The translations under genes were made by a program, and so were the position numbers. From positions 191,976-255,975 of the forward strand of contig CAVUPI010000004.1 in assembly GCA_963743335.1 (NCBI GenBank): a stretch of DNA of 64,000 nucleotides. Direction: 5' to 3'. How positions within the stretch are numbered: position 1 is the first letter of the stretch; each line of letters begins with the position of its first letter. The notes below the pieces were generated by a model. It worked only from the letters and a program-made list of their open reading frames with translations. It was not told where the DNA came from and did not search any database. This document shows positions 23,741-32,801 of the stretch, piece after piece. Origin of the DNA: an uncultured Acidobacteriota bacterium (GTDB taxonomy: Bacteria; Acidobacteriota; Terriglobia; Acidiferrales; UBA7541).

Positions 23741-24843
23741 CCGTGCGTGATCACCACTTTCAAGGTATCGTCCTTCGGCCGCGCCGCAAGTTCGAGTGCG
23801 TCCGCGATGCGCTCCAGCGGGAAGCGGTGCGAGATTATCTCGCGCACCGGCAAACGTCGTTCGAAAACGAGCGCGGCGGACTCGGCCTGATCGTCCACCG
23901 AAGCGCTATAACTTCCCAGAATCTCTTTCTCTTCGATTCCCACGGCAGCCGCGGGAAAGTCGATTTGCAGCACCGGATCGTTATGAGCAAACAGTAACAC
24001 GCGCCCGCCCGGTCGCGCGAGAGCCAGGGCCTCGGGCACCAATGACGGGTTGGGCACGGCCAGCAGCACGGCGTCCGCGCCTCGTCCTTCGGTTCGCCGG
24101 CGCATTTCCTCGAGCAAGTTCGTCTTCGCCGGATCGAACGATTCCTTCGCCCCGAAGCGAACGCTCGCGGCGCGGCGCCCTGCCATCGGGTCGCTCGAAT
24201 ACACGATCGCGCCTTCGTGCGCGGCCAGCATCGTCAAAAGCATTCCAATCGGTCCCTGCCCGATCGCGAGAATCGTCTCGCCCGCGGCCACGCGCGCCTT
24301 GCGAATCGCTTTTAGCGCCGTGTTCACTGGCTCGACGAAGGTCGCCTCCTCGAAACTCACATCGGCCGGCAGCGCAATCATTCCGCGCTCCACGATCCAC
24401 GGCATCGCCCGCACGTACTCCGCGAATCCGCCGCCGTTCGGGTCGAAGCCCGCCGTCAGGCCCGTCTTCTTGTAGCCCGCGCACTGCGAGAAAAGTTTTC
24501 GCTCGCAATAGAAGCAGCTGCCGCACGGGATGTGGTGGAAGCTCACCACGCGATCGCCCGCCTTGAATTTCTTTACGCCCCGTCCCACGCGGACAACGGT
24601 TCCCGCGAGCTCGTGGCCCAGAATCTGCGGCGGCGCGATGAAGCCATGATGGATCTTCTTGATGTCGGTCCCGCAGATGCCGCACGCCGCCACGCGAAAC
24701 AGCAATTCTCCTTCGCCGATCTCTGGAATCGGAACCTGCTCGACCACCACGCGGCCCTTGCCGCGATACACGCCCGCGCGCATCTGTCCGCCGCCGCTTC
24801 GCGACGTTTCGTGCGATCCGATGTCGATGACGGTGTGGCTCAT
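23737..24843 (-). CDS. Zn-dependent medium-chain dehydrogenase/reductase (second paralog)
   Basis: Catalytic-Zn ligands CGICGTD...GHE. Structural Zn site CGSCFYCERKLFSQC. NAD(P) site GQGPIG. The ATG at 24843 overlaps the hpnG-like stop (ATGA). An alternative ATG at 24783 gives MRAGVYRG. Confidence 0.85.
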   Translation of the reverse strand: MSHTVIDIGSHETSRSGGGQMRAGVYRGKGRVVVEQVPIPEIGEGELLFRVAACGICGTDIKKIHHGFIAPPQILGHELAGTVVRVGRGVKKFKAGDRVVSFHHIPCGSCFYCERKLFSQCAGYKKTGLTAGFDPNGGGFAEYVRAMPWIVERGMIALPADVSFEEATFVEPVNTALKAIRKARVAAGETILAIGQGPIGMLLTMLAAHEGAIVYSSDPMAGRRAASVRFGAKESFDPAKTNLLEEMRRRTEGRGADAVLLAVPNPSLVPEALALARPGGRVLLFAHNDPVLQIDFPAAAVGIEEKEILGSYSASVDDQAESAALVFERRLPVREIISHRFPLERIADALELAARPKDDTLKVVITHG

Positions 24844-25601
24844 ATCGCGAGCGCCTCGGATTTGGCGACTTCAGGGAGAGGATCGAGCGTCACGCGCTGA
24901 GCGTACGCATCGAGGAAATGGGCCAGCGCCGTCGCGGCTCGTTCGCTTTCCTGAGCCAGCCGAATCAATCCGCCAATTCGATGCGGCCGTGCCGCGAGCT
25001 GCCGCAAAACCCTCGGCACGCTCACCACTCCGCGCTCGTTGAACGTCCGATCGAAATCGAGCGGAAGATCCGACTCGGCGCCGTCGCTGATCGCGCGAAT
25101 CGCCACGGCCGGAATGTCCTGGTGTGACGCAGCAGCCAGGATGTAAAGGCTCTCCATATCCACCGCGTCGCCGGAAAAGCCCAGGGTCTTCTTCTCCTGC
25201 GCCGTTGAAACCACGCGATCGGAAACGAGAAATTTCTCGACAACCTTGGCGCCGCAATCGCCCGCGCGCGAAATCAAGTTCGCGTCGCTCCTCATCAATC
25301 TCGTCCCGGCAACGTCTCCCACGGTCCGCGCCGCGAGGACCGCGCTCGGACGATATTCCGGCTTCAGCGCACCCGCGAGCCCGGATACGATGCAAACATC
25401 CGGCGCCTGATCGAACGCCTGTCGCAGGCTCTGCTGCACCGCGAAGCGTCCCGCGCCCGTTACGATGACTTGCACGTCCACCGACCCAACCTTTGCACGG
25501 TACGCCTGGTCCCACGCATCAACAGACACACGCTGAAACCGCCGCATCTTGCGCCACGGCGCGAACTCGTTCTCGAGTGCGAATGTGACCAGTATTCTCA
25601 T
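24840..25601 (-). CDS. hpnG: PNP/MTAN-family nucleosidase, probable hopanoid-associated HpnG (adenosylhopane nucleosidase)
   Basis: MRILVTFALENE...GDAVDMESLYILAAA...AIRAISD is typical of the phosphorylase/nucleosidase family 1. It sits between hpnA and the rest of the hopanoid operon. Trimmed from the TTG at 25613 to the ATG at 25601. Confidence 0.65.
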   Translation of the reverse strand: MRILVTFALENEFAPWRKMRRFQRVSVDAWDQAYRAKVGSVDVQVIVTGAGRFAVQQSLRQAFDQAPDVCIVSGLAGALKPEYRPSAVLAARTVGDVAGTRLMRSDANLISRAGDCGAKVVEKFLVSDRVVSTAQEKKTLGFSGDAVDMESLYILAAASHQDIPAVAIRAISDGAESDLPLDFDRTFNERGVVSVPRVLRQLAARPHRIGGLIRLAQESERAATALAHFLDAYAQRVTLDPLPEVAKSEALAI

Positions 25602-25616
25602 TTGCAGTCGCAAAAC

Positions 25617-26648
25617 CTATGCCGCGGCCGCGCTCTCGATCGCCTTCGATGGAGAGCTTCCGCGGACGTATCCATGCTGCTCGTACCACCGGACGGCGCG
25701 TTCCAGCGCCGCTTCCACGGAGCCCGGCTTGTAGCCCAACTCGCGTTCCGCCTTGTCGCTCGCCACGAACATCTTGTAGCGTGACATCTTCACGCCTTCG
25801 ACCGGAATCTGCGGCTCGCGCCCGGCCAGCCGCGAAAACCATTCGTCCGCGTATCCGGCGGCCAGCGCAAAGGCATGCGGCAGCCGCACGCGCGGCGCGC
25901 GACGCCCCGCAATCGGCGCCAGCGCCTCCAGTATCTCTTTCAATGTCATGTTGCGGCAGCCGAGAATATAGCGTTCGCCGATCCGGCCTTTCTCCGCCGC
26001 AAGCAAATGTCCCGCCGCCACGTCCTCCACGGCCACCACATTCAGTCCCGTGTCGACATATGCCGGCATTTTGCCATTCAGAAAATCGACGATAATCCGT
26101 CCCGTCGGCGTCGGCTTCCAATCGCCCGGGCCGACAGGCGCCGTCGGATTCACGATCACCACCGGCACGCCCGCGCCCGCCGCTTTGATCGCTTCAATCT
26201 CCGCCAGAAATTTTGAACGCTTGTAGTGCCCGATCATTTGATCGAGGCTCGCCGGCATTTCTTCGTTCGGCAGCGTGCCGTCGCGTCCCGGCACCGCAAT
26301 CGTCGCCACGGTGCTCGTGTAAACGATTCGCTCCACGCCCGCCTGCGCGGCCGATTCAAAAAGCCGCTTCGTGCCTTCGACGTTGCTCTCGTAAATTTCC
26401 TCGGGAACCTTCGTCCACAACCGGTAATCCGCGGCCACGTGGTACACGCGACGCACGCCCTTCATGGCCCGGTCAAGCGAAAGTGCGTCCCGGAGATCGC
26501 CTTCGACGCGTTCCACCGCCAGCCCTTCGAGCGCCTGCATCTTGCTCGACGGCCGCACGAGCACACGAACGCGATTGCCCGCTGCAACGAGTTGCCGCGC
26601 GACGTGGCTTCCTACAAAGCCCGTCGAGCCGGTTACAAGCGTGGTCAT
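25617..26648 (-). CDS. hpnA: NAD-dependent epimerase/dehydratase, hopanoid-associated HpnA-like
   Basis: Starts MTTLVTGSTGFVGSHVARQL (Rossmann motif GxxGxxG). It has the YxxxK-type SDR layout (YKRSK) and lies directly downstream of shc. Confidence 0.75.
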   Translation of the reverse strand: MTTLVTGSTGFVGSHVARQLVAAGNRVRVLVRPSSKMQALEGLAVERVEGDLRDALSLDRAMKGVRRVYHVAADYRLWTKVPEEIYESNVEGTKRLFESAAQAGVERIVYTSTVATIAVPGRDGTLPNEEMPASLDQMIGHYKRSKFLAEIEAIKAAGAGVPVVIVNPTAPVGPGDWKPTPTGRIIVDFLNGKMPAYVDTGLNVVAVEDVAAGHLLAAEKGRIGERYILGCRNMTLKEILEALAPIAGRRAPRVRLPHAFALAAGYADEWFSRLAGREPQIPVEGVKMSRYKMFVASDKAERELGYKPGSVEAALERAVRWYEQHGYVRGSSPSKAIESAAAA

Positions 26649-26688
26649 AGAGTCTGGAAAACCCGAGACGTGGCGGGAGTCTTCATCA

Positions 26689-28734
26689 TTACCCCCAAAA
26701 GCCGTTTGCGTGCTCGATCTCTTCGGGGCGGATCTGGATGCCCTTAAATCGTTCCGCGTTCCTACGCAGATTATCGTAGCGCGCCAGTGCGTAGAGTGGA
26801 AAGGAGTTTCGATACAAGTGATATTTCAGATAGAACACTTGCGGAAAACCTGTGCCGGTGAACTCGCTCTCATCCCACGTGCCGTCCTGATTCTGATGCG
26901 CAACGAGCCAATCGACCGCGCGTTTCACGGCGGGATCGTCAACCGACGCCGCGCTATCCACCGCCAGCAATCCGATCAGTCCCCAAGCCGTCTGCGACGC
27001 GGTGCTCTTCCCTTTGCCCTTCAGCGCCGGATCGTAGTACGACAGCACCGTTTCGCCGAATCCGCCGTCCGCATTTTGCACCGAACGCAGCCATTGCGCC
27101 GCCTTGCGACCCTCCGGCAACGCGCCAAGCCCAATCGCTTCGAGCGCCCGCAGCACTCCGCTCGTTCCGTAGACGTAATTCACGCCCCAGCGCCCGAACC
27201 ACGCGCCCTCGGCTTCCTGCTCGCGCCGCAGAAACGCCCTGGCACGTTCGATCACGGGGTGCGTCGACGGCCATCCCAGTTGCCCGAGGCACTCAATCGC
27301 CCGCGCCGTCACGTCCGCCGTCGAGGGATCGAGCATCGCATTGTGATCGGCAAACGGAATGTGGTTCAGGAACTGCTGGTTGTTCTCGTGGTCGAACGCG
27401 CCCCAACCCCCGTCGCCGTTCTGCATGCTCAGCAGCCACGCAAGGCCGCGGCGTACGGAAGCGCGCAGCCGCTCAGGCTCCGGATCGGCCACGCGGCTCA
27501 ATCCCATCAGCACGAACGCGGTATCGTCCACATCGGGGTAAAAATCGTTGCGAAACTCGAATGCCCAGCCGCCCGGCGCCGCCTTGCGATTCTTCACCTG
27601 CCAGTCGCCGGGCCCGAGAATCTGATTCGAGACGAGCCATCGCGACGCAGCCACCAGCGACGGATGCGCCGGATTGAGCCCCGCTTCTTCGAGCGACACC
27701 ATCGCGATCGCCGTGTCCCACAGCGGCGAAATGCACGGCTGCACGCGCAGCCTGTCCTCGTCTTCAATCTCGTATCGCGCCAGGAACCCGATCTCGCGCG
27801 CCACCAGCGGGTCGGACGTATCGCCGCCCTCCGCCAGCATCGCAAAAATCGAATTCATCATCGCGGGATAGATGGTTGCCAGACCTTCGCTGCGCTCCAG
27901 CCGTTCGAGCATCCACTTGCGGGCGCGCGCCATCGCCACTTTGCGAAATGGCTTCCACGGGAGGCTCTCGTAGAGCTTCACGCTGCGACCGATCGCCAGG
28001 AAAAGGTTCTTCCACGAGACAACCTGCTTGTCCCACGCGAGAGACTGCGGCATCGCTCCCGGCTGCTTAAACAGCTCGTCGACCGTGACTCCCTTGGGCA
28101 GCGTCCACCCCGGCTTTTGCGCGTAGATCAGCGTCAACGGAATCACGATGCCGCGCGTCCACGACGACATTTCGTACAAATTCAGCGGGAACCATTCCGG
28201 CAACAGCATCAGCTCGGGCGGAATCGTGGGCACCATCCTCCAATCGATCGCGCCAACCATTGCCAGGTAGAAGCGCACGTAGGAATTTGTGGCCTCAAGC
28301 CCGCCGAGTTCATGAATCCTGTTCTTGGCTCGTTCCAGATGCGGCGCCGTCGCCGGATCACCCGCCAGGCGCAGCGCGACCCACGCCTTCACGGTCGCGT
28401 TCAGTTCCGAAGGCCCACCGTAGAAGATGTTCCAGCCGCCGTCCGGAAGCTGCCGGTCGCGGATGTACTTTGCCAGCTTCGCGGTTTTCTCGGATTTCAG
28501 TTCGCCTAGGATCTGCAGATAGAGGATGTAGTCCGATTCGAGCGTAGTATCGGCTTCCAGCTCGCCCCACCAGTACCCCGCCGGGTTTTGCGCCGACAGG
28601 AACCAATCGATCCCCCGCCGAATGGCTTCGGCAATCGGGGATTCCGTCTCCCGGCTTCGAACAGTTGCTTGCCCCGCGTCGCTTCCACCGCTCACGCGGA
28701 GTTGTGCCTCCGGTGTCATCAAGCCCTCAGACAT
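26689..28734 (-). CDS. shc: Squalene-hopene cyclase
   Basis: Catalytic DxDD motif in YPDVDDTAFVLMGL. Repeated QW motifs (e.g. QNGDGGWGAF, QNADGGFGE, QNQDGTWDE). Length is 681 aa. Confidence 0.95.
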   Translation of the reverse strand: MSEGLMTPEAQLRVSGGSDAGQATVRSRETESPIAEAIRRGIDWFLSAQNPAGYWWGELEADTTLESDYILYLQILGELKSEKTAKLAKYIRDRQLPDGGWNIFYGGPSELNATVKAWVALRLAGDPATAPHLERAKNRIHELGGLEATNSYVRFYLAMVGAIDWRMVPTIPPELMLLPEWFPLNLYEMSSWTRGIVIPLTLIYAQKPGWTLPKGVTVDELFKQPGAMPQSLAWDKQVVSWKNLFLAIGRSVKLYESLPWKPFRKVAMARARKWMLERLERSEGLATIYPAMMNSIFAMLAEGGDTSDPLVAREIGFLARYEIEDEDRLRVQPCISPLWDTAIAMVSLEEAGLNPAHPSLVAASRWLVSNQILGPGDWQVKNRKAAPGGWAFEFRNDFYPDVDDTAFVLMGLSRVADPEPERLRASVRRGLAWLLSMQNGDGGWGAFDHENNQQFLNHIPFADHNAMLDPSTADVTARAIECLGQLGWPSTHPVIERARAFLRREQEAEGAWFGRWGVNYVYGTSGVLRALEAIGLGALPEGRKAAQWLRSVQNADGGFGETVLSYYDPALKGKGKSTASQTAWGLIGLLAVDSAASVDDPAVKRAVDWLVAHQNQDGTWDESEFTGTGFPQVFYLKYHLYRNSFPLYALARYDNLRRNAERFKGIQIRPEEIEHANGFWG

Positions 28735-28984
28735 AACCTAAGATCGCTCATTAAAAAAAACGGTTCGGCCGCGCTACGCCCATCATGTCGCCCTACCGGA
28801 TAGAGGAATGCACACAATCTATCGACAATACAGGCACTTACAGGCTAACCCCTGTCCATTATCTTTCGTATCGGAGCCAGGGTCAACCGAAAACACTGCC
28901 TTGGAATCCGGCTAGCCTATACCTTAGGATGTCCATCCCGGGTTAGGGGCTGCCTGCGATTTCCCCTTCGCCGCCCGTTCTCTG

Positions 28985-30028
28985 TTACGTCGTTCGGCCG
29001 CCACCGGGAGACCGCAATTCGAGCTTCCGCACCCGTTCGGCAAGTTCCGGTAGCCGAGCAAACCACGCGTACTGGCGCTTGAATTTTTCGAGGCTCCTCG
29101 CCGGCGTGCCCCACACCACCTCGCCGCCATGAATCGTCTTGCCCGTGGGTATGCCCGCCTGCGCGCCTACAACGGCCCCATCTTCGAGCGTGCAATGGTC
29201 GGCGACCCCCACCTGCCCCCCGAGGATCACGTTCTTGCCCAACGTGCTGCTGCCCGAAACCCCGGTTTGCGCCGCCAGCACGGAGTGTTCGCCAATCTGG
29301 ACGTTGTGCGCCACCTGCACGAGATTATCGATCTTCACGCCGTTGCCCACCTGCGTCGTTTCGAGCGACCCGCGATCGATCGCGCTGTTCGCGCCGATCT
29401 CGACGTCATCGCCGACCTCCACGCTCCCGGCCTGCGGAAATTTCCAGTGCCGCCCTTCGCCAAAAACGTATCCGAATCCGTCCGCGCCAATCACCGCGCC
29501 GGAATGAACTTCGACGCGGTCTCCCAGCTTTGCGCCCGCATACAGGGTCACGCGCGGATGAAGCCTGCAGCTCTCGCCCACGCGGGCGCCCCGCCCCAAG
29601 AAACAAAACGCCTCGACGATGCTCGCTTCGCCGATACTCGCCCCGTCCTCAATCACCACGTACGGCCCGACAAACGCGCTAGGCGCTACCTTCGCGCTCG
29701 CCGCAACAATCGCCGTCGGATGCACGCTGGGACGCGGCGCAGCCTCCTTTGTCAGCAGCGCCGCCGCTTTCGCAAACGCCAGCTTGGGCTCGCGCACCTC
29801 AAGCACCGTCTTTCCGGCGATACGCATTTCCATCCCCGCAATTACGCAGACCGCTGCCGAACCAACCGCGCGGTCCTGATGCCGCGCCGAGTCGACATAA
29901 ATTAAATCCTCGGCGCGCGCACATTCGGGGCTCGCGACTCCCGTCACCTGCGCACCGGCATCTCCGTGGAGTTGCGCCCCGAGATGTTTTGCCAGTTCAC
30001 CGGCAGTGCAGGTCGCAGTGCGAGTCAT
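28985..30028 (-). CDS. lpxD: UDP-3-O-acylglucosamine N-acyltransferase
   Basis: Aligns by eye to E. coli LpxD: GADGFGY....W.K.PQ.G.V.IGD.VEIGA...IDRG.L..T.IG.GV.IDN..Q.AHNV.IG. It has left-handed beta-helix hexapeptide repeats. Trimmed to the ATG at 30028, which has AAGGAG 8 nt upstream. Confidence 0.9.
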   Translation of the reverse strand: MTRTATCTAGELAKHLGAQLHGDAGAQVTGVASPECARAEDLIYVDSARHQDRAVGSAAVCVIAGMEMRIAGKTVLEVREPKLAFAKAAALLTKEAAPRPSVHPTAIVAASAKVAPSAFVGPYVVIEDGASIGEASIVEAFCFLGRGARVGESCRLHPRVTLYAGAKLGDRVEVHSGAVIGADGFGYVFGEGRHWKFPQAGSVEVGDDVEIGANSAIDRGSLETTQVGNGVKIDNLVQVAHNVQIGEHSVLAAQTGVSGSSTLGKNVILGGQVGVADHCTLEDGAVVGAQAGIPTGKTIHGGEVVWGTPARSLEKFKRQYAWFARLPELAERVRKLELRSPGGGRTT

Positions 30029-30082
30029 CGTCAAATCTCCTTTGCAAATCCTCGGCGAAGCGCGCCCTGTGCGAATGGCGGG

Positions 30083-30988
30083 CTAGAAGCGGTAGATGGG
30101 ATCTTCCCCGGACGGCCGCGTCTTCCACCGCTTGTGCACCCAGAGCCATTGATCGGGATACTTCCGAACGTAATCCTCGACCACGCGCATGAATCTCTGC
30201 GTGGTCTCCTTCACGTCCTGCTCTTCGTCTCCAGTGCGCGCAAGCTCCACGGCCGGCTCAAAGCGCAGCCGATACTTTCGTCTCTGCCAGTCCCACGACA
30301 AAAATCCGGGCACCACTGCCGCATCCGTGCGCAGCGCCAGCCGCGCTAGCCCCGATGTCGTCGATGCGGGAATCCCGAAAAAATCGACGAACACTCCCTC
30401 TTCGATCGTCGTGTTGTGGTCCGCCAGAATTCCAACGGTTCCGCCATCCGCGAGCACTTTCAGGATCGAGCGCGCCGACCGGTTTTTCTCGATCGGCCGA
30501 TTCCCGGTGCGGCAGCGGTACGCATTGATCAGCGCATCCACGCGCCGGTTGGCAATCGGCCGCACCAGGAAGTGCAGCGGATGCCCGTACAGCGCCTGCG
30601 CGAAAGGCGCGAGTTCCCAAGCGCTCATGTGCCCCGTGAGAAAAAGCACGCCTTTGCCGCGCCGCCGCGCCACATCGAAATTCTCGAATCCATCCAGCAG
30701 GACGATCCGCTCGACATTCTCCCGCGTGTATTTCGGAAACTGCGAAAACTCGCCCGCCATCCACCCGATTTGCCGGATCATCCCGCGCGCCACTTTCCGG
30801 CGCTGCGCCTCGCTCCAATCGGGAAATGCCAAATGCAGATTGAACATCGCCGCACGTCGCAGCGGCGTGCGAATCGCGTACGCGGCTGCGGCAAAACTCG
30901 CTCCGGCCCAACGCGCGGCCGGCCTCGGCAGCAGTCCCATCAATTTCAGTCCGCTCCAGGCTGTGGCGTACTCGAGCCATTCCCGCAT
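30083..30988 (-). CDS. Lipid A biosynthesis (LpxL/HtrB-family) acyltransferase
   Basis: 301 aa with the family layout: N-terminal hydrophobic anchor, GKGVLFLTGHMSAWE (HX4D/E-type acyltransferase motif region), and C-terminal YPDQWLWVHKRWK. Confidence 0.75.
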   Translation of the reverse strand: MREWLEYATAWSGLKLMGLLPRPAARWAGASFAAAAYAIRTPLRRAAMFNLHLAFPDWSEAQRRKVARGMIRQIGWMAGEFSQFPKYTRENVERIVLLDGFENFDVARRRGKGVLFLTGHMSAWELAPFAQALYGHPLHFLVRPIANRRVDALINAYRCRTGNRPIEKNRSARSILKVLADGGTVGILADHNTTIEEGVFVDFFGIPASTTSGLARLALRTDAAVVPGFLSWDWQRRKYRLRFEPAVELARTGDEEQDVKETTQRFMRVVEDYVRKYPDQWLWVHKRWKTRPSGEDPIYRF

Positions 30989-31097
30989 CGCGAGCCATTA
31001 TGCGGGAGGCTCGATGTCGAAGCCAGAGGCTGAAACGAATCTCGAATTTCACCAACGCCCGCACAATCTCTCGCCTGCGGTGCTAGACTGACAAACT

Positions 31098-32801
31098 TTG
31101 AGCAATCATTCGCCAACGCGCTCTACATGGCTGCGTCCCGCGCCGATCGCAGCCGCCATTGCGAGCTTCTTCTGCCTCTTCGGAAACCTCGGCGCGATCG
31201 GCCTCGTCGGGCCCGACGAGCCGCGCTACGTCTGGATCGCACGCGCCATGGCCGAAACCGGCGACTGGGTCACGCCGCGCCTCTACGGTCAGCCGTGGTT
31301 CGAAAAGCCCATCCTCTACTATTGGGCCGCCGCTATAGGCTTCCGCCTGCACCTCACAGCGGAATGGGCCGCGCGCTTGCCGTCCGCCGTCGCGGCTCTT
31401 CTCGCAGCAATCGCGATCGGCTGGCTCGGCTGGAAACACTACGGTGGCGCCATCCGCTCGGATACCCCAGCGCCGGGCCTGCTCGCGCGCACTCCGGCGC
31501 TTCTCGCTCCGCTCCTTTTCTCCACGAGCGTCGCCGCCATCGGTTTCGCCCGGGCGGGCACTCCGGACATGCTCTTCAGCTCGTGCCTCACACTCGCAAT
31601 GGCTAGCGCCGCCTACATTCTTCATCGCAACGGCGCGCTGCGAGCGAATCGCGATCCGCTCTCGAATCCCGCGACGGGCGACTTCTGGCCGCTCCTCGCC
31701 TTTGGCGTATTCCTGGGCGCAGCGGTACTCGCGAAAGGCCCCGCGGGTGTTCTTTTGGCCGGCGGATCGCTCGGGCTCTGGGCCCTCGCAACGCGCAAGT
31801 GGCGCGCCGTATTCCGCCTCGCGCATCCGGTGGCGATCGTCGCGTGCCTCGTGGTCGCGATCCCTTGGTACGCGCTCTGTGCCTTGCGCAATCCCGATTT
31901 CCTGCGCGTCTTCATCCTGCAGCACAATTTCGAGCGCTACCTCACGCCGATGTTCCGCCATCAGCAGCCATTCTGGTTCTTCATCCCGATCGTCTTTCTG
32001 GCGCTGCTTCCGTGGACCGTCTTGTTCTGGCCCGCCGCATTCGAAGGACTTCGGCTCTGGCGCGAAAAAAGCTGGCACAGCTCGCCCGGCTTTTTCTTCG
32101 CCTGTTGGGCCGTCTTTCCCGTTCTGTTCTTCAGCCTTTCGGAGTCCAAACTGCCGAGCTACATTCTTCCGTCGATTCCCGCCATCGCGCTGCTTTGCGC
32201 GATCGGCACGGCCCGCGCCGCGAACCGCAACGCGCCCATTCTGACGTTTCTCGCCGGCGGCATCGGCCTCACGCTTTTTGTCCTCGGCATCGCCGCCGTC
32301 ATCGCGACCCATCGCATCCCGTGGGAGGCTCTCAACTTTCAGTACACTCCGGAATTCGTCGCAATCGTCAGCCGCATGGCGCTCGTTTTTGTGGTGGTCG
32401 TCGTGCTGTTCGTCTTCGCGCCGGCGCTTCAGGGGAGATTCGACTACACGATCGCTCTATGTGCTCTCTTCATCGCACTGATCGTCGAGACGGCCAATCT
32501 CACTCTTCTCCCAACGCTCGATCGCCTCTATTCGGCGAGGCCCCACGCCGCGCTGATGCACAACGATCTGCATCCCGACCGCATCTTCACCTACAAACTC
32601 AGCCGCAGCTGGAACTGGGGATTGGCGTTCTATTTCCACCGCGAGCTTCCCGAATGGTCGCCACGGGATCCCAACGCCGCGCTGGCACTCACGACGCCCG
32701 CCGGCCTCGCCGAAATTCGAAAGCTCGGCAGATTCCAGGGCACGCTCGAGGAGCCTTACGTCGGCGTCCTCTACGTCCCGATCAATCAGGCGCCACGCTA
32801 A
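31098..32801 (+). CDS. GT39/ArnT-like polytopic glycosyltransferase
   Basis: GPDEPRYVWIARAMAETGDWVTPRLYGQPWFEKPILYYW is the ArnT/PMT-family first-loop signature. At least 10 hydrophobic helices are present. TTG is the only early in-frame start. Confidence 0.8.
   Translation: MSNHSPTRSTWLRPAPIAAAIASFFCLFGNLGAIGLVGPDEPRYVWIARAMAETGDWVTPRLYGQPWFEKPILYYWAAAIGFRLHLTAEWAARLPSAVAALLAAIAIGWLGWKHYGGAIRSDTPAPGLLARTPALLAPLLFSTSVAAIGFARAGTPDMLFSSCLTLAMASAAYILHRNGALRANRDPLSNPATGDFWPLLAFGVFLGAAVLAKGPAGVLLAGGSLGLWALATRKWRAVFRLAHPVAIVACLVVAIPWYALCALRNPDFLRVFILQHNFERYLTPMFRHQQPFWFFIPIVFLALLPWTVLFWPAAFEGLRLWREKSWHSSPGFFFACWAVFPVLFFSLSESKLPSYILPSIPAIALLCAIGTARAANRNAPILTFLAGGIGLTLFVLGIAAVIATHRIPWEALNFQYTPEFVAIVSRMALVFVVVVVLFVFAPALQGRFDYTIALCALFIALIVETANLTLLPTLDRLYSARPHAALMHNDLHPDRIFTYKLSRSWNWGLAFYFHRELPEWSPRDPNAALALTTPAGLAEIRKLGRFQGTLEEPYVGVLYVPINQAPR

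Noticed and set aside
26464-28509. A 681-aa plus-strand ORF antisense to shc. Similar long antisense ORFs occur at 58971..60725, 48422..49771, 42588..43877, 31083..32312, 17523..18623, 46150..47241, 22724..23890 and 12186..13553.
   Set aside because: These are typical high-GC antisense frames, Arg/Pro/His-rich with no motifs. In every case the opposite strand carries a gene with clear family signatures.
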